Shown here in pieces: positions 31,409-42,545 of a stretch of DNA of 64,000 nt. The first letter of the stretch is position 1. Every line of letters begins with the position of its first letter. A program made the translations under genes and the position numbers. Below the pieces are notes generated by a model, which ran no database searches, was not told where the DNA came from, and saw only the letters and a list, made by a program, of their open reading frames with translations. Source of the stretch: Ignavibacteriota bacterium (GTDB lineage Bacteria > Bacteroidota > Ignavibacteria > UBA10030 > CAVZMI01); NCBI GenBank assembly GCA_963776275.1, contig CAVZMI010000032.1, positions 32,001 through 96,000 on the forward strand, read 5' to 3'.

Positions 31409-33502
31409 TTGTCTAAGGAACACACTTCGGAAAGGCACACAGAAATGATACTTCCATCACGCTCGTACTTGAAAACTATCTTATGTGGGTGTGTTATGAT
31501 TCTGACAACAACTGTATGCGTTGTCCCTTCGTTATCCCAACAATCAACTTTCCAACTTGCTCCGCTTTTTACAGATAATATGGTTCTACAACAGCAACGG
31601 CATGTGCCTCTATGGGGAAAAGGCATTCCGGGAACCTCAGTCGTTATTCGGGCATCATGGGGAAGACAGGCGACCGCAACCGTCATGGGGGACGGCGCGT
31701 GGTCGGTGAAACTCCCGACTCCAAAAGCAGGTGAACCATTCCAAATATCCTTTATTCACGATACATCGACGACGGTATTACGAAATGTTCTAACAGGCGA
31801 AGTATGGCTCTGTTCAGGTCAATCGAATATGGAAATGCCGTTGGAAGGCTGGCCTCCGGCAGATACGATCGCGAATTCCTCCAGTGAAATTGCACAAGCT
31901 CAATTCCCTTCCATACGTCTATTCTCGGTTAAGCGTGCCAACGAAGCAGAACCGAGCGATATTTGTGAGGGAAGGTGGCAGGAATGTTCGCCCAACACCG
32001 TGCGCAGTTTCGGCGCAGTGGCGTATTTCTTTGGCCGGATGCTGCATCAGAATCTCAAGATACCGATTGGTCTTATCAATACAAGTTATGGAGGCACTCC
32101 GATAGAGGCATGGATGAGCAGGGAAGCACTGCAATCATTCCAGGAATTTACCGAAAAGTTGAAAAGGTTGGATGAAAACAAAGACGGTATGCGGTTGCAG
32201 AAACAGTGGATCACTCATCACGCCGGTATTAAGATTCGTGAAGGCGACCCATTGCATAAATGGGAAGGATTGAAATTCCAGGATGATAATTGCGCTGCGC
32301 GTGAGTACGACGACAGTACATGGAATGAAATGAAGCTGCCGACGCTGTGGGAACAGACATCGCTCGGCAACTTTGACGGAGCCATATGGTTCCGGAAAAA
32401 AATCGCGATCCCATCGGCCTGGATAGGAAAGGATCTCGTTCTTAAACTCGGTCCAATTGACGATATGGATGAAACCTTCGTCAACGGTCGGCCCGTTGGT
32501 AATTATCTCAGCGAAGATTTCTGGAAAATCGACCGTGCGTACAAAATTTCAGGGTCGATTATCCGTGATTCCCTTCTACAGATTGCAGTTCGAGTCATTG
32601 ATACACAGGGCGGCGGCGGGATCTGGGGAGATGCAAAGAACATGCAGGTGTATCAGGATAGCAGCAGCACCCGGATATCACTTGCAGGAAACTGGAAGTA
32701 TCTACCTGTGGCAGAGTACCGCGCGAATACCTTCTATATGTTCGGAGCAGCGGGGAAAGAATTCTACAACCGGCCCAAGCTCACAATCGACTTTTCAGCA
32801 AAGACACCGACGGCGCTCTACAATGGAATGCTCCATCCGCTCATTCCGTTTGCGATCAAAGGCGTAATATGGTACCAGGGGGAAGAGAATACAGGACAAC
32901 CGGCGCTTTACAAAAAGCTATTTCCGGCAATGATAAACGACTGGCGCTCGGCATTTTCATGCGGCGATTTTCCATTCTATTTCGTACAGCTTGCACCCTG
33001 GGATTATGGAATTGTGACGAAATCCCAGCTCCTTCGGGAAGCGCAATTGCAGACTCTCTCGGTAAAGAATACGGGAATGGTCGTTACACTCGATATTGGC
33101 AATCCGAATAATATTCATCCTGCCAATAAACAGGATGTCGGTAAGCGGCTTGCTCTCTGGGCGCTCTCGAAAACGTACGGCAGGAAAATCGCATACTCCG
33201 GTCGTATCTATAAGTCGATGAAAATACAGAGGGGCAGAATCATTCTTTCGTTCCAGTATGCTGAGAAAGGATTGGTTTTGAAGAATCTTAAGGCCGGAAA
33301 TAAATTCCAGATTGCCGGCAACGATATGCGGTTCAAAGATGCGGACGTAAAAATTCAGGGAAACAAACTCGTCGTCTCACATCCTGAAATTCTTAGTCCG
33401 AAGGCCGTGCGCTACGCATTCCACAACACAGACGAAGCGACACTCTTTAACAAGGAGGGGCTGCCTGCATCGTCATTCAGGACAGACGACTGGGAGAAAT
33501 AG
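31409..33502 (+). CDS. Sialate O-acetylesterase (SASA) family esterase
   Basis: DNMVLQQ, GEVWLCSGQSNME, GVIWYQGE, IHP.NKQDVG.RLA; start uncertain. Confidence 0.9.
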   Translation: MSKEHTSERHTEMILPSRSYLKTILCGCVMILTTTVCVVPSLSQQSTFQLAPLFTDNMVLQQQRHVPLWGKGIPGTSVVIRASWGRQATATVMGDGAWSVKLPTPKAGEPFQISFIHDTSTTVLRNVLTGEVWLCSGQSNMEMPLEGWPPADTIANSSSEIAQAQFPSIRLFSVKRANEAEPSDICEGRWQECSPNTVRSFGAVAYFFGRMLHQNLKIPIGLINTSYGGTPIEAWMSREALQSFQEFTEKLKRLDENKDGMRLQKQWITHHAGIKIREGDPLHKWEGLKFQDDNCAAREYDDSTWNEMKLPTLWEQTSLGNFDGAIWFRKKIAIPSAWIGKDLVLKLGPIDDMDETFVNGRPVGNYLSEDFWKIDRAYKISGSIIRDSLLQIAVRVIDTQGGGGIWGDAKNMQVYQDSSSTRISLAGNWKYLPVAEYRANTFYMFGAAGKEFYNRPKLTIDFSAKTPTALYNGMLHPLIPFAIKGVIWYQGEENTGQPALYKKLFPAMINDWRSAFSCGDFPFYFVQLAPWDYGIVTKSQLLREAQLQTLSVKNTGMVVTLDIGNPNNIHPANKQDVGKRLALWALSKTYGRKIAYSGRIYKSMKIQRGRIILSFQYAEKGLVLKNLKAGNKFQIAGNDMRFKDADVKIQGNKLVVSHPEILSPKAVRYAFHNTDEATLFNKEGLPASSFRTDDWEK

Positions 33503-33608
33503 CATCATAATCATTTAAATTGCTTTTTCTAAGGAAAAAGTAAAAATTAAAAAGTGTAAAATAAAAATATTTTTAAGTGCCAGGTAGTACTTTTTACTTT
33601 TTCATTCC

Positions 33609-33650
33609 CGTCCTGAGCGAGTCCCGATTTTATCGGGACGAGTCGAAGGA
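33609..33650. repeat. Short palindromic REP-like element with a nested palindrome
   Basis: cgtcctgagcgag[tcccgattttatcgggac]gagtcgaagg. Confidence 0.6.
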
Positions 33651-33688
33651 TTTACTTTTTAATTTATTTTTCTACGCTGGAGGTCTTC

Positions 33689-35521
33689 GTGCTCTTTGTT
33701 CGAATGATCGGTTCTCTCTCCATCCTTTTTCTTTGTATAGCAACTCTCTTCGCTGCAGGGCACCTCAAAAGATCCAGAAGAACATCATGATCGACCAGTT
33801 CGGTTACAGACCTGATGATCAAAAAATTGCAGTGGTTGTCGATCCTAAAATTGGCGGTAATTCAAACGAGAATTTTAATCCGGGTTCGACATACGAAGTA
33901 CGTACCTGGGATGATGACAAGGTTGTTTTTACAGGGAATCCTGTGGAATGGAATAACGGCGCCATAGACTTTTCATCCGGAGATAAAGGATGGTGGTTTG
34001 ATTTCTCCCGGCTGGACAAGGAGGGTGAATATTATATCTTTGATAAAGAACAAAACGTGGGTTCTTATAAATTCGAAATATCGAAAAATGTTTATAAGAA
34101 TATTTTGAAAGCTGCGATGCACGTATTCTACTATCAACGGTTAAACGATCCTAAAAAGAAACCATACGCCGAGGAACCCTGGACAGACGACGCCGCTTTT
34201 ATTGGCCCTGGCCAGGACAGAGAAGCGTTGTATGTTAACGATAAACAAAATAAGTCTCTTGCAAAGGATCTTTCCGGAGGATGGATGGATGCCGGAGACT
34301 ATAATAAATACGTCACCTTCGCGGATAATCCTATCCATCTGCTTCTAATGGCTTATACTCAAAAACCAAAAATATTTACAGACGATTACAATATACCTGA
34401 GTCAGGTAATGGAGTACCGGATATTATTGATGAAATCAAATATGAACTCGACTGGCTTAAAAAAATGCAGGAAGATGACGGAGGCGTGTTGATAAAAATG
34501 GGGAATATCGATTTTAACATTTCCTCTCCCCCAAGTACTGATAGACGCCCCAGATACTACGGACCGAAGTGTTCATCATCGACTATTGCAGCAGCCGGAA
34601 TGTTTGCACATGCCGCGATCGTATTTTCGGATTTCCCCACGTTAACGGAATATGCAAAAGATTTAGGAAAAAGAGCCGTGAAGGCCTGGGAATGGTATAA
34701 AAGTAATCCGCGTTCTGATTCATGCGACGATGGAACAATTGAATCGGGGGATGCGGATTATAGCCTGGACATGCAGGATGGAATGGAAGTCGTATCCGCG
34801 ATCTATTTGTTTGCACTTACCGGAAAATCAAAATATAATAACGTCGTCAAGAATAATTTTTACGCCGCTTCTCCATTCTATGACTCGCATCTCTCCCTTT
34901 ATTTTAGCCACCAGGAAGATGCATTACTCTATTACACAACTCTCTCCGACGCTGACGAAGATGTAAAAAAGGCGATTCTGTCTCATCGTGCAAAACAAGG
35001 AATGGGAATGGAGTTGTATCGGTATCAACAGGCGGACGATTTGTATATGGCATATTTGCCGAGGGCTCTATATAATTGGGGATCGAATAGTCTGCGTGCT
35101 GCACTTGGCAGCGCAAATTATGATTTCATTATATACAATCTTAACAGCGGGAATAAGACCGTCTATCTGAATAGGGCATTGGGAATTCTTCATTATTTTC
35201 ACGGAGTTAATCCGCTGGGAATCGTTTACTTAAGCAACATGTACAACTATGGCGCCGATTATTGTGCCGATCAAATATGGCACGATTGGTTTAGGGATGG
35301 ATTGAAGCTGGGCCTGAAATCTCCGCCGGGCTTCGTCCCCGGTGAAGCCTAATTGTATGTATGGCGGCAGCTTGAAATATTTATCCGTGCAGCCTCTACA
35401 AAAGTGCTATTTAAATTGGAATAACGGCTATCCGGAAAACTCCTGGGAAATTACGGAACCTGCAATTTATTACCAGGCCTCTTATATTAAACTACTTTCA
35501 AAGTTTGTCAATTCTGAATAA
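33689..35521 (+). CDS. GH9 endoglucanase with an N-terminal Ig-like domain; frameshifts near 33758 and 35345
   Basis: [21 protein letters not shown]; GGAGG-GTG signal peptide [24 protein letters not shown] in another frame; C-terminus [13 protein letters not shown] in another frame, ending at 35521. Confidence 0.85.
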
Positions 35522-36363
35522 TGCATTCTATACTGGAAAGTACACTTGAGACTATTGAGATCGCTTCAGCGGATCGACGCGTCATCTATACTACCCGCGA
35601 TCACATCGAGGCGCCCAACTGGTCACGCGATGGAACATACTTTCTCTTCAACAGCAACGGCCTGATATACAGACTGGCAGTTACCGGCGGAACCCCTCAA
35701 TTGCTCGACACCGGATTTGCCACGCATTGCAACAACGATCATGGCATCTCGCCCGACGGCAAGCAGCTGGTTATCAGCGACCAAACCGGCGATAATAAGT
35801 CGCGTATTTATCTCCTGCCAATTGACGGCGGAACCCCACGCCTCGTCACTCTGCTCGGTCCCTCCTACTGGCATGGATGGTCGCCGGACTGCAAAACCTT
35901 GGCATACTGCGGCGAACGCAACGGCGAGTACGACATCTACACGATTTCCACCGATGGCGGCAAAGAGAAACAATTGACTAACGCTCCCGGTATCAACGAT
36001 GGACCCGATTATACGCCCGACGGCCAGTATATCTATTTCAACTCTGAGCGAACCGGCTCGATGCAAATCTGGCGCATGAAAACCGACGGCGGCTCTCAGG
36101 AACAGATCACAGCCGACGAATACAACAACTGGTTTGCCCATCCATCGCCCGACGGCAAATGGATGGTTTTTTTATCATATGAAAAAGATATAAAGGGACA
36201 TCCTGCGAATAAAAATGTAATGCTTCGTCTCATGGCTTTAGATGGAGGCAAGATTCAAACATTGGCCACACTCTTCGGCGGGCAGGGCACGATCAACGTA
36301 CCGTCATGGTCACCCGACAGTCGAAATCTGGCTTTCGTAAGTTATAGATTAATCGATCAATAG
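35521..36363 (+). CDS. TolB-like (PD40/WD40) beta-propeller protein
   Basis: [41 protein letters not shown]. Confidence 0.85.
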   Translation: MHSILESTLETIEIASADRRVIYTTRDHIEAPNWSRDGTYFLFNSNGLIYRLAVTGGTPQLLDTGFATHCNNDHGISPDGKQLVISDQTGDNKSRIYLLPIDGGTPRLVTLLGPSYWHGWSPDCKTLAYCGERNGEYDIYTISTDGGKEKQLTNAPGINDGPDYTPDGQYIYFNSERTGSMQIWRMKTDGGSQEQITADEYNNWFAHPSPDGKWMVFLSYEKDIKGHPANKNVMLRLMALDGGKIQTLATLFGGQGTINVPSWSPDSRNLAFVSYRLIDQ

Positions 36364-36374
36364 GATATTAACAG

Positions 36375-37103
36375 ATGACGAAAAATAAAGTCGCAATAAT
36401 CACAGGAGCCAGTCGCGGAATAGGCCGGGAGGTTGCCATAGGTCTTGCCAGAGACGGTTATAGTGTGGTTTTAGTAGCACGTTCAAAAGGCGATTTAAAG
36501 AAGGTGTTGGACAAAATTAACACCGAACCCGTCAAAGGTGCATCTACTGCCATACACATGATGTATGCTGTTGATGTAGCTGATGCTCAGTGTATTAAAA
36601 AAATAGTCAGAGACTCCGTAAAGAAATATGGCCATATCGATGTATTAATCAACAATGCCGGAGCATATTTCAGAGGAACATACAGCGTAACTCTCAAAGA
36701 ACTTGAGTATATGCTTCGGGTCAATCTTATTGCCCCATTTGCCTTTATGCAGGAAGTAATACCGATAATGAAAGATCAAAAAGACGGCTATATCATCAAT
36801 ATAGCCTCGCGGGCAGGAAAGATAGGTTTTTCAGATGAGGGCGCTTATGCTGCCAGTAAATTCGGACTGGTGGGGTTGAATGAATCGGTTTATAGAGAAC
36901 TGTCGACATACGGAATAAGAGTAACTGCTATTTGTCCGGGGTGAACCAATACCAAAATGGCACAAAAAGGAGAACCACCAATCGCCGGCACGGAAATGAT
37001 ACAGCCGTCGGATATTTTAAAAACCATTCGTTGGTTGTTGAGCGTTTCGCCGTCGGTAAGAATTCGGGAATTGGTCATGGAATGTAAAGAAAGCATTTGT
37101 TAA
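36375..37103 (+). CDS. SDR family oxidoreductase with an in-frame TGA at 36942-36944
   Basis: TGASRGIG, NNAG, YAASK; reading continues in frame as CPG*TNTKMA...MIQPSDI...ESIC*. Confidence 0.8.
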
Positions 37104-37167
37104 TCATAAGAAGATATGCACTATACCAAATCGATAACTATCATCCAGTAACTCTGAGGATAAAAAA

Positions 37168-37812
37168 TTGAAGACTCTAATCTCGCTCATGACTTTTTTC
37201 ACTGTTATTAATACTTCATCTTCCAATGCTCAATTAATACGGACTTACGGCTTCAAGGCCGGATTTATTAAAGCAGAGCAGCAATGGGACTATTCTCCAC
37301 AATCCGGTATACATGCATCCGGGATCGGTCTAATATGGGGATTTGACGGAGGTGCCTTTATTGAATTATTCAATTTCCAAAATTTCAGTTTACTTACCGA
37401 ACTTCATTATATTCAAAAAGGAAGGACTGTTACTGTAATTGCGACTGCGGCTGCCGACAATCCACAGGGTTACATCGATCTTGGCCCGGAAGAAATCAAA
37501 CAGAGATTTGAATATATTAGCATCCCTGTCCTTGCTAAATTGCGCATCGAAAACGATATGGTGACTCCGTATATTGCTCTCGGACCACGCCTCGAGTACC
37601 TGGTTGCACATCCTCCCTCACCCGTCTATGATAAGTTTAATAAAATTGAGCTCGCCGTCACTGGTGCCGCGGGGGTGGAGTTGTATTTCGGATTCACCCC
37701 GAAGTTCTTGTTTGAGGTCAATTACAGTCTAGACTTAACCAATAGTTACAAGAACGAGAATGTTACAGTGAACAATCGCTCAATATCATTCCTTTTTGGT
37801 GCGGAATTTTAA
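37168..37812 (+). CDS. Outer membrane beta-barrel (porin/PorT-like) protein
   Basis: Signal peptide, YGFKAG, ELHYIQKG, YISIPVLAK, terminal Phe. Confidence 0.75.
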   Translation: MKTLISLMTFFTVINTSSSNAQLIRTYGFKAGFIKAEQQWDYSPQSGIHASGIGLIWGFDGGAFIELFNFQNFSLLTELHYIQKGRTVTVIATAAADNPQGYIDLGPEEIKQRFEYISIPVLAKLRIENDMVTPYIALGPRLEYLVAHPPSPVYDKFNKIELAVTGAAGVELYFGFTPKFLFEVNYSLDLTNSYKNENVTVNNRSISFLFGAEF

Positions 37813-37873
37813 TATCATCTGTTTAATGCCGACTCAATAATCATAGTAACTATACTGAAGGAGAACAGATCCA

Positions 37874-39265
37874 ATGGAGACCAAAGCAAGGTTGTCTGTG
37901 TTTCAGAAATTTTACTGGGGACTCGGAGGTTTCGCTGAAAATCTTGCCAATAATGCGCTTCTCTCTCTCATCTACCCGATTTTTGCTGTCGGCATGGGAA
38001 TCAGCCCTTTCTTTATCGGCCTCGCGCTGACCGGTTCGCGTATCGTCGAGGTGATCACAGACCCTATGATCGGAAATCTATCCGACAATACGAAATCACG
38101 ATGGGGACGCAGAAGACCCTGGATTTTCATCGGCTCGATCCTGATGTCGATTCTCTTCGTCGCGATCTGGTTCACCCCGCGTCCCGATGGCGGATCATTT
38201 CCGATCGTCTATCTCATCGCGATGTGTTCTCTGTTCTACTTCGCATTCACCGTCTGGAATATCCCGTACAGCGGTCTAGGACTCGAGCTGGAGACCGATT
38301 ACGATGAACGGACAAAACTTATGATCTACCGCGTAACCCCTTCATTCATCGTGGGTATCGCGATCGGATCGCTCTATAAACTGACGCTAATGAGAGATGT
38401 GTGGGGAGGAGACGAGATCATCGGAGCCAGATACGTCTGTACCATTATCGGTGTCCTGATGCTGATCACCGGAATTATTCCGTCTCTCTTCTGTAAAGAA
38501 CGCTACACTCTGCCGACCAAGCATGAAAAATTAAGCATCTGGCGCGCGATGGGGCTGACATTCAAAGATAAATCATTTCAATTGCTCATCGGCTCGGCCT
38601 TCTTCGTCTTTGTTGGCTTATTCTTCATGATACCTCTGCTCACCTACATATCGCTCTACTACGTCTGCCACGGAAGCAAAGAGTTGATGGCAACTATCGG
38701 AATGTATACCGCATTCGTCCAGGCAACAACACAGATACTGAGCATGATCGCCATCGGTGCCATCGCAAAACATTTCGATAAGAAAATCGTGCTTATTGCC
38801 GGGCTTATCATCGGTATCATCGGTTATGTCTCAGGCTGGTTCCTGTTCACACCGGATGCTCCATACCTGACCATTATTCCTCCAGTCATCATCAATATCG
38901 GACTCTGCGCATGCTGGGTGCTTAATGGCTCGTTCAATGCCGATATCTGCGATTACGATGAGCTGAAGACCGGCCGCCGCCGCGAAGGGATGTTCAGCGC
39001 TGTCTTCGCCTTCCTTACAAAACTAGCTATCGCATTCGTTTCTGCGGTCAGTTCATGGGTTCTCGTAAAGCTTGGATTCGAAGGACAGGATATTCACCCA
39101 ACCATCGAACAACTGTTCACACTACGGTGGATCTACATCGCCATTCCGGTTGGTGCCATGGTTGCGGCGATCCTCTGCATGTGGAAATATCCTCTTACGA
39201 AGCAGCGAGTGGTTGAAATTCAGGAGCAGTTAAAACAAAAAAGAGTTGAAATGGCGGTGCAATAA
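37874..39265 (+). CDS. MFS glycoside-pentoside-hexuronide sugar transporter
   Basis: DPMIGNLSDNTKSRWGRRRPWI, DYDER, ADICDYDELKTG.RREG. Confidence 0.9.
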   Translation: METKARLSVFQKFYWGLGGFAENLANNALLSLIYPIFAVGMGISPFFIGLALTGSRIVEVITDPMIGNLSDNTKSRWGRRRPWIFIGSILMSILFVAIWFTPRPDGGSFPIVYLIAMCSLFYFAFTVWNIPYSGLGLELETDYDERTKLMIYRVTPSFIVGIAIGSLYKLTLMRDVWGGDEIIGARYVCTIIGVLMLITGIIPSLFCKERYTLPTKHEKLSIWRAMGLTFKDKSFQLLIGSAFFVFVGLFFMIPLLTYISLYYVCHGSKELMATIGMYTAFVQATTQILSMIAIGAIAKHFDKKIVLIAGLIIGIIGYVSGWFLFTPDAPYLTIIPPVIINIGLCACWVLNGSFNADICDYDELKTGRRREGMFSAVFAFLTKLAIAFVSAVSSWVLVKLGFEGQDIHPTIEQLFTLRWIYIAIPVGAMVAAILCMWKYPLTKQRVVEIQEQLKQKRVEMAVQ

Positions 39266-39310
39266 TAATCTCATAACGATTACCGTCTAAACATTTTTTT
39301 TCTCTTAATA

Positions 39311-39428
39311 ATCCCGCTGATCTTGCGTACTCCGTACGAAGTCTTTTCGTGTAAAAGATATTGAGACAGCGGGATGGAACCTACCCCAATGGCTGTCGGG
39401 GAATCTCGAAAATAAATAGGGACAGGTT
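39311..39428. other. Intergenic multi-stem structured sequence (unassigned)
   Basis: atcccgctg/cagcgggat encloses cgtac/gtacg and tctttt/aaaaga hairpins; a second domain aacct/aggtt encloses cccc/gggg. Confidence 0.4.
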
Positions 39429-39467
39429 AAGTATTTGGAATAGTAACATCATATAAAAGGAAAAAAT

Positions 39468-39905
39468 ATGAACTATATCTCCGAACTTAAAAAACAGAAA
39501 CAAATTCTGAACGATCTCTTCGATAAAAAAGAAATTTATCGCAAGAGATACAGAAAAGGGGGATGGACAGGAAAAGAAGTCCTGATTCATATCAAAGATT
39601 CCGAGACTGTTAATTATGACAGGCTCAGAAGAATCATTGCGGAAGATAAGCCTATTTTGTGGTTTTTTTGGCAAGATCAATGGCAGAAGAATCTCAAATA
39701 CATGAAACAGGATATTGTACTGGCAAAAAACTTATTCATGACAACACGGGACTCACTTATCGAGACTGTCAAGATGCATTTGAAAAAGTCTGAAAAGAGG
39801 GAAGGCGTTCATTCCCGGCGTGGGGTGATGAACATGAGACAACTGATAGAATTTCATATCCGTCATGTCGACCGTCATATTAAACATATTCAAAGAATAA
39901 AATAA
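39468..39905 (+). CDS. DinB family protein
   Basis: Y..GGWTGKEVLIHI.D.E...DRLRR, H..RH..HI. Confidence 0.8.
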   Translation: MNYISELKKQKQILNDLFDKKEIYRKRYRKGGWTGKEVLIHIKDSETVNYDRLRRIIAEDKPILWFFWQDQWQKNLKYMKQDIVLAKNLFMTTRDSLIETVKMHLKKSEKREGVHSRRGVMNMRQLIEFHIRHVDRHIKHIQRIK

Positions 39906-39987
39906 ACCGATCCTGCAGCAAGGATACACTTTTTCAGATATTGAATCCTAAATAAAAAATGAGGCTATCGGGGGGATAATACTTTTA

Positions 39988-40539
39988 CTACAGGATCCTT
40001 CCTTCATCATCGAGCAAGTTAAGCTCACGGAGAATCCCGCGAGCATCAGACGCTTGCGTACGCTGCACCATCACTTTCACAATGGCCGATTTGTTATTCA
40101 TTGCAAAAGAGAGATAATCGTGTTGTGAAAACACCTTCGAGGGAAATCCGGCATTCTCGAGATTTTTCCTGATCATCTCGGCTTCATATTCATTCTTCGT
40201 TGTAAAAACAGCCGACCATTGCCGGTGTATCTTCATATGCTCGGCAGTTTTGCAGAAGATGGTATTTCCCTTTTTTCTTGCACAATCGTTGCAGACCGGC
40301 TTTCCACAGACCACGCAAACACCGACGGCATCCTGTTTCGGATGCTCCTCGCATTCGATTTCCCCTTCGCCGGGTTCGAGAATAACTCCACAATGAGAGC
40401 AGAAGAAATCCTTTGCCCTCACCCGTCCGTCGCAATTTTCACATGACTGCTCTTCGTGCAGCTCAAGTTCCTCACCGCACTCCCGACATTTGGCGTCACC
40501 TTCTGTGTAGTAATTTCCACATACGGGACAATTCGGCAT
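39988..40539 (-). CDS. Zinc-ribbon/B-box + DUF2007-like protein
   Basis: Multiple CxxC, C..HP...AVGVCVVCGKPVC..C, EAEMIR..LE..G. Confidence 0.75.
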   Translation of the reverse strand: MPNCPVCGNYYTEGDAKCRECGEELELHEEQSCENCDGRVRAKDFFCSHCGVILEPGEGEIECEEHPKQDAVGVCVVCGKPVCNDCARKKGNTIFCKTAEHMKIHRQWSAVFTTKNEYEAEMIRKNLENAGFPSKVFSQHDYLSFAMNNKSAIVKVMVQRTQASDARGILRELNLLDDEGRIL

Positions 40540-40543
40540 ACGA

Positions 40544-41488
40544 TTATCCCTCCTCCCCTTTCGGCTTCACCGAGAAATGGAATGCGACAATGGAGAAGGC
40601 CAATATGACTGTAAACACGATGAAATTTGCCATAATTACCGGTATCGTCATTTTTCCCGCTGCCAGAGTTCCCACCATATCATCGTCGATTTTAAAATAG
40701 GCTGCCAATATAGCAACCGTATTATTAAAAAAATGTACAATGACGGCGACCATAATACTATTCGAATGATATACAATGTAGCCAAAGAAGATTCCAAGTG
40801 CAATAAGTGGAATGAGCGAAAAAGGACTGAGATGATACACTCCAAAAATTATCCCTGTAATAATAATACCAAGCCACCCGCTAGAGCCGCTTTTCTCGAA
40901 ATTCCTCTGGACCAATCCGCGGAAAAGAAACTCTTCACAAATCGACGGAATCAGTGCAGCGACGGTAATGACAAAAAAAAGCTCGGTTATTGAATGTGCC
41001 GTAATAAGCATACGATAGATTTCTTCAATCATCTTTCGGACTTCATCGATCTGCGGTTTAAGCACATGAGGCAGCGGGATTTGATCCTGGAAATAGAGAT
41101 ACACCTGCAGAACCTGCTGAAGTGCGAAGACGCCGACTATCGCAAAGAACACGCTCTTGATTGACGGGGTATTGAATCGAAAAAGCAAACGGAGGTTTTT
41201 TGTCTGGAGTCGCGCCAGAACGAGCGTCGGAATCAGTAAAAGAAAAATCTGTGCAAGAGCTGTTTGGATCCGGACTCCCCGAACATTTTCAGGCGTGACC
41301 TGTGTAGTCTTAAAAATAAGAACTGAAATGATGCTGCCGATGATCTGATACGAAAAAAAAATAACGCACAGAACAATGAGAGCGTACACCCAGGGTGAGA
41401 TACCGAGTCGATCGATTACCGAAAATTCTGAGAGTTGCGGTACGTTCTGGTCGGGCGCCCGGTCGTCGTTTTGATATTCTTCCGTCAT
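40544..41488 (-). CDS. CPBP (CAAX/Abi) intramembrane metalloprotease
   Basis: EEFLFRG, FGVYH, HFFNN. Confidence 0.9.
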   Translation of the reverse strand: MTEEYQNDDRAPDQNVPQLSEFSVIDRLGISPWVYALIVLCVIFFSYQIIGSIISVLIFKTTQVTPENVRGVRIQTALAQIFLLLIPTLVLARLQTKNLRLLFRFNTPSIKSVFFAIVGVFALQQVLQVYLYFQDQIPLPHVLKPQIDEVRKMIEEIYRMLITAHSITELFFVITVAALIPSICEEFLFRGLVQRNFEKSGSSGWLGIIITGIIFGVYHLSPFSLIPLIALGIFFGYIVYHSNSIMVAVIVHFFNNTVAILAAYFKIDDDMVGTLAAGKMTIPVIMANFIVFTVILAFSIVAFHFSVKPKGEEG

Positions 41489-42432
41489 TACATCCGCTGT
41501 TTAATCATCGCGGCAAGGAGTGGTATCATGATTTCATGATGCCCGGTGATCTGAACCCCCCATCCCCCTTTTTGCGTCGGGCGTTGGACTACATTGACTC
41601 TTGGCCGGTAATGCTGTAGCATATCAAAATTCGCCGTTGTAAACCCGCGGGCATCGAATCCGAGGTTACGAGCGACAGTGAGCGATTTTAAAAAGACTTC
41701 GGGCAGGATGACCGCCGAGCCGACATTCAGTACAACGCCTCCGCCGCGCAATCTCTTCACGACTTCACATAGTACCCGGAAATCCCTGAAGCTCAATTCA
41801 CCGGTCACGGCTCCGTTCATCGATGGCTGTTGATGAATCGTATCGGTTCCGATCGCCGCATGGACTGTCACCGGGACGCCATGCGTGACGCATGCCGCGA
41901 GGATGCTGTATTTTCTCTTCGGCGCTTTCAGAAGTGCGTTTCCGAGCGCCTCGCCATATCCCATATCACCCTCGATACGGGCCCGCTCTAAAACTCCATT
42001 GATGAATTCACCAGTTTCTCTGGACATCCCAAAACTACCATCCTCTATTTTCACCGCAACGTCTTCCGACGTTTCCCCCCACATTGCAGTCTCCACATCG
42101 TGAATCGATGCCGCGCTGTTCATCGCAACTGCAGTGATCATTTCACGCTCAATAAGATCTATGACGACGGGAGAAAGTCCGACTTTAATCACATGCGCAC
42201 CAATCATTAAAATGACGGGTTTGTTTTTTCTACGCGAATTGACGATATCATCGACTAATTTCCGAAGATCCCCGGCAACGAGAATTCGCGGAAGAGAATG
42301 CACGAAAGACGAAAAAGCCTCTTTCTTCGGGTTGTATACCTTTGCGAATGCTGAAAGCTTGACCCTGCTCCCACGTTTTTTAATAGAAACCGTCTTTACC
42401 TTGCTGAGATCCGCTTTTTTAAATTGTGACAT
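41488..42432 (-). CDS. Conserved hypothetical protein (deoxyhypusine-synthase-like fold suspected)
   Basis: GAHVIKVGLSP, TSEDV....DG.FG, GSAVILPEVFLK, YRP..NVV.RP, GHHEIMIPLL. Confidence 0.65.
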   Translation of the reverse strand: MSQFKKADLSKVKTVSIKKRGSRVKLSAFAKVYNPKKEAFSSFVHSLPRILVAGDLRKLVDDIVNSRRKNKPVILMIGAHVIKVGLSPVVIDLIEREMITAVAMNSAASIHDVETAMWGETSEDVAVKIEDGSFGMSRETGEFINGVLERARIEGDMGYGEALGNALLKAPKRKYSILAACVTHGVPVTVHAAIGTDTIHQQPSMNGAVTGELSFRDFRVLCEVVKRLRGGGVVLNVGSAVILPEVFLKSLTVARNLGFDARGFTTANFDMLQHYRPRVNVVQRPTQKGGWGVQITGHHEIMIPLLAAMIKQRM

Positions 42433-42545
42433 GATATTCCTACTTTCTTCATAAACAAAAAATAACACCAGGCTCATAAAAAATAATGCACGATGCTGTA
42501 CTTATTCATTAAAAAATAGTTGTATGAGTAAGGCAACAAAGAAAT

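Noticed and set aside
36942-36944. Genome-wide TGA recoding or selenocysteine
   Set aside because: Many intact genes here end in TGA at the expected position; I recognised no SECIS-like hairpin, and this is not a catalytic Cys position.
39311-39428. c-di-AMP (ydaO) or TPP riboswitch
   Set aside because: Only scattered short matches (GCTGA, GGAACC, GGGG-AATC); the conserved 3' core motifs are missing.
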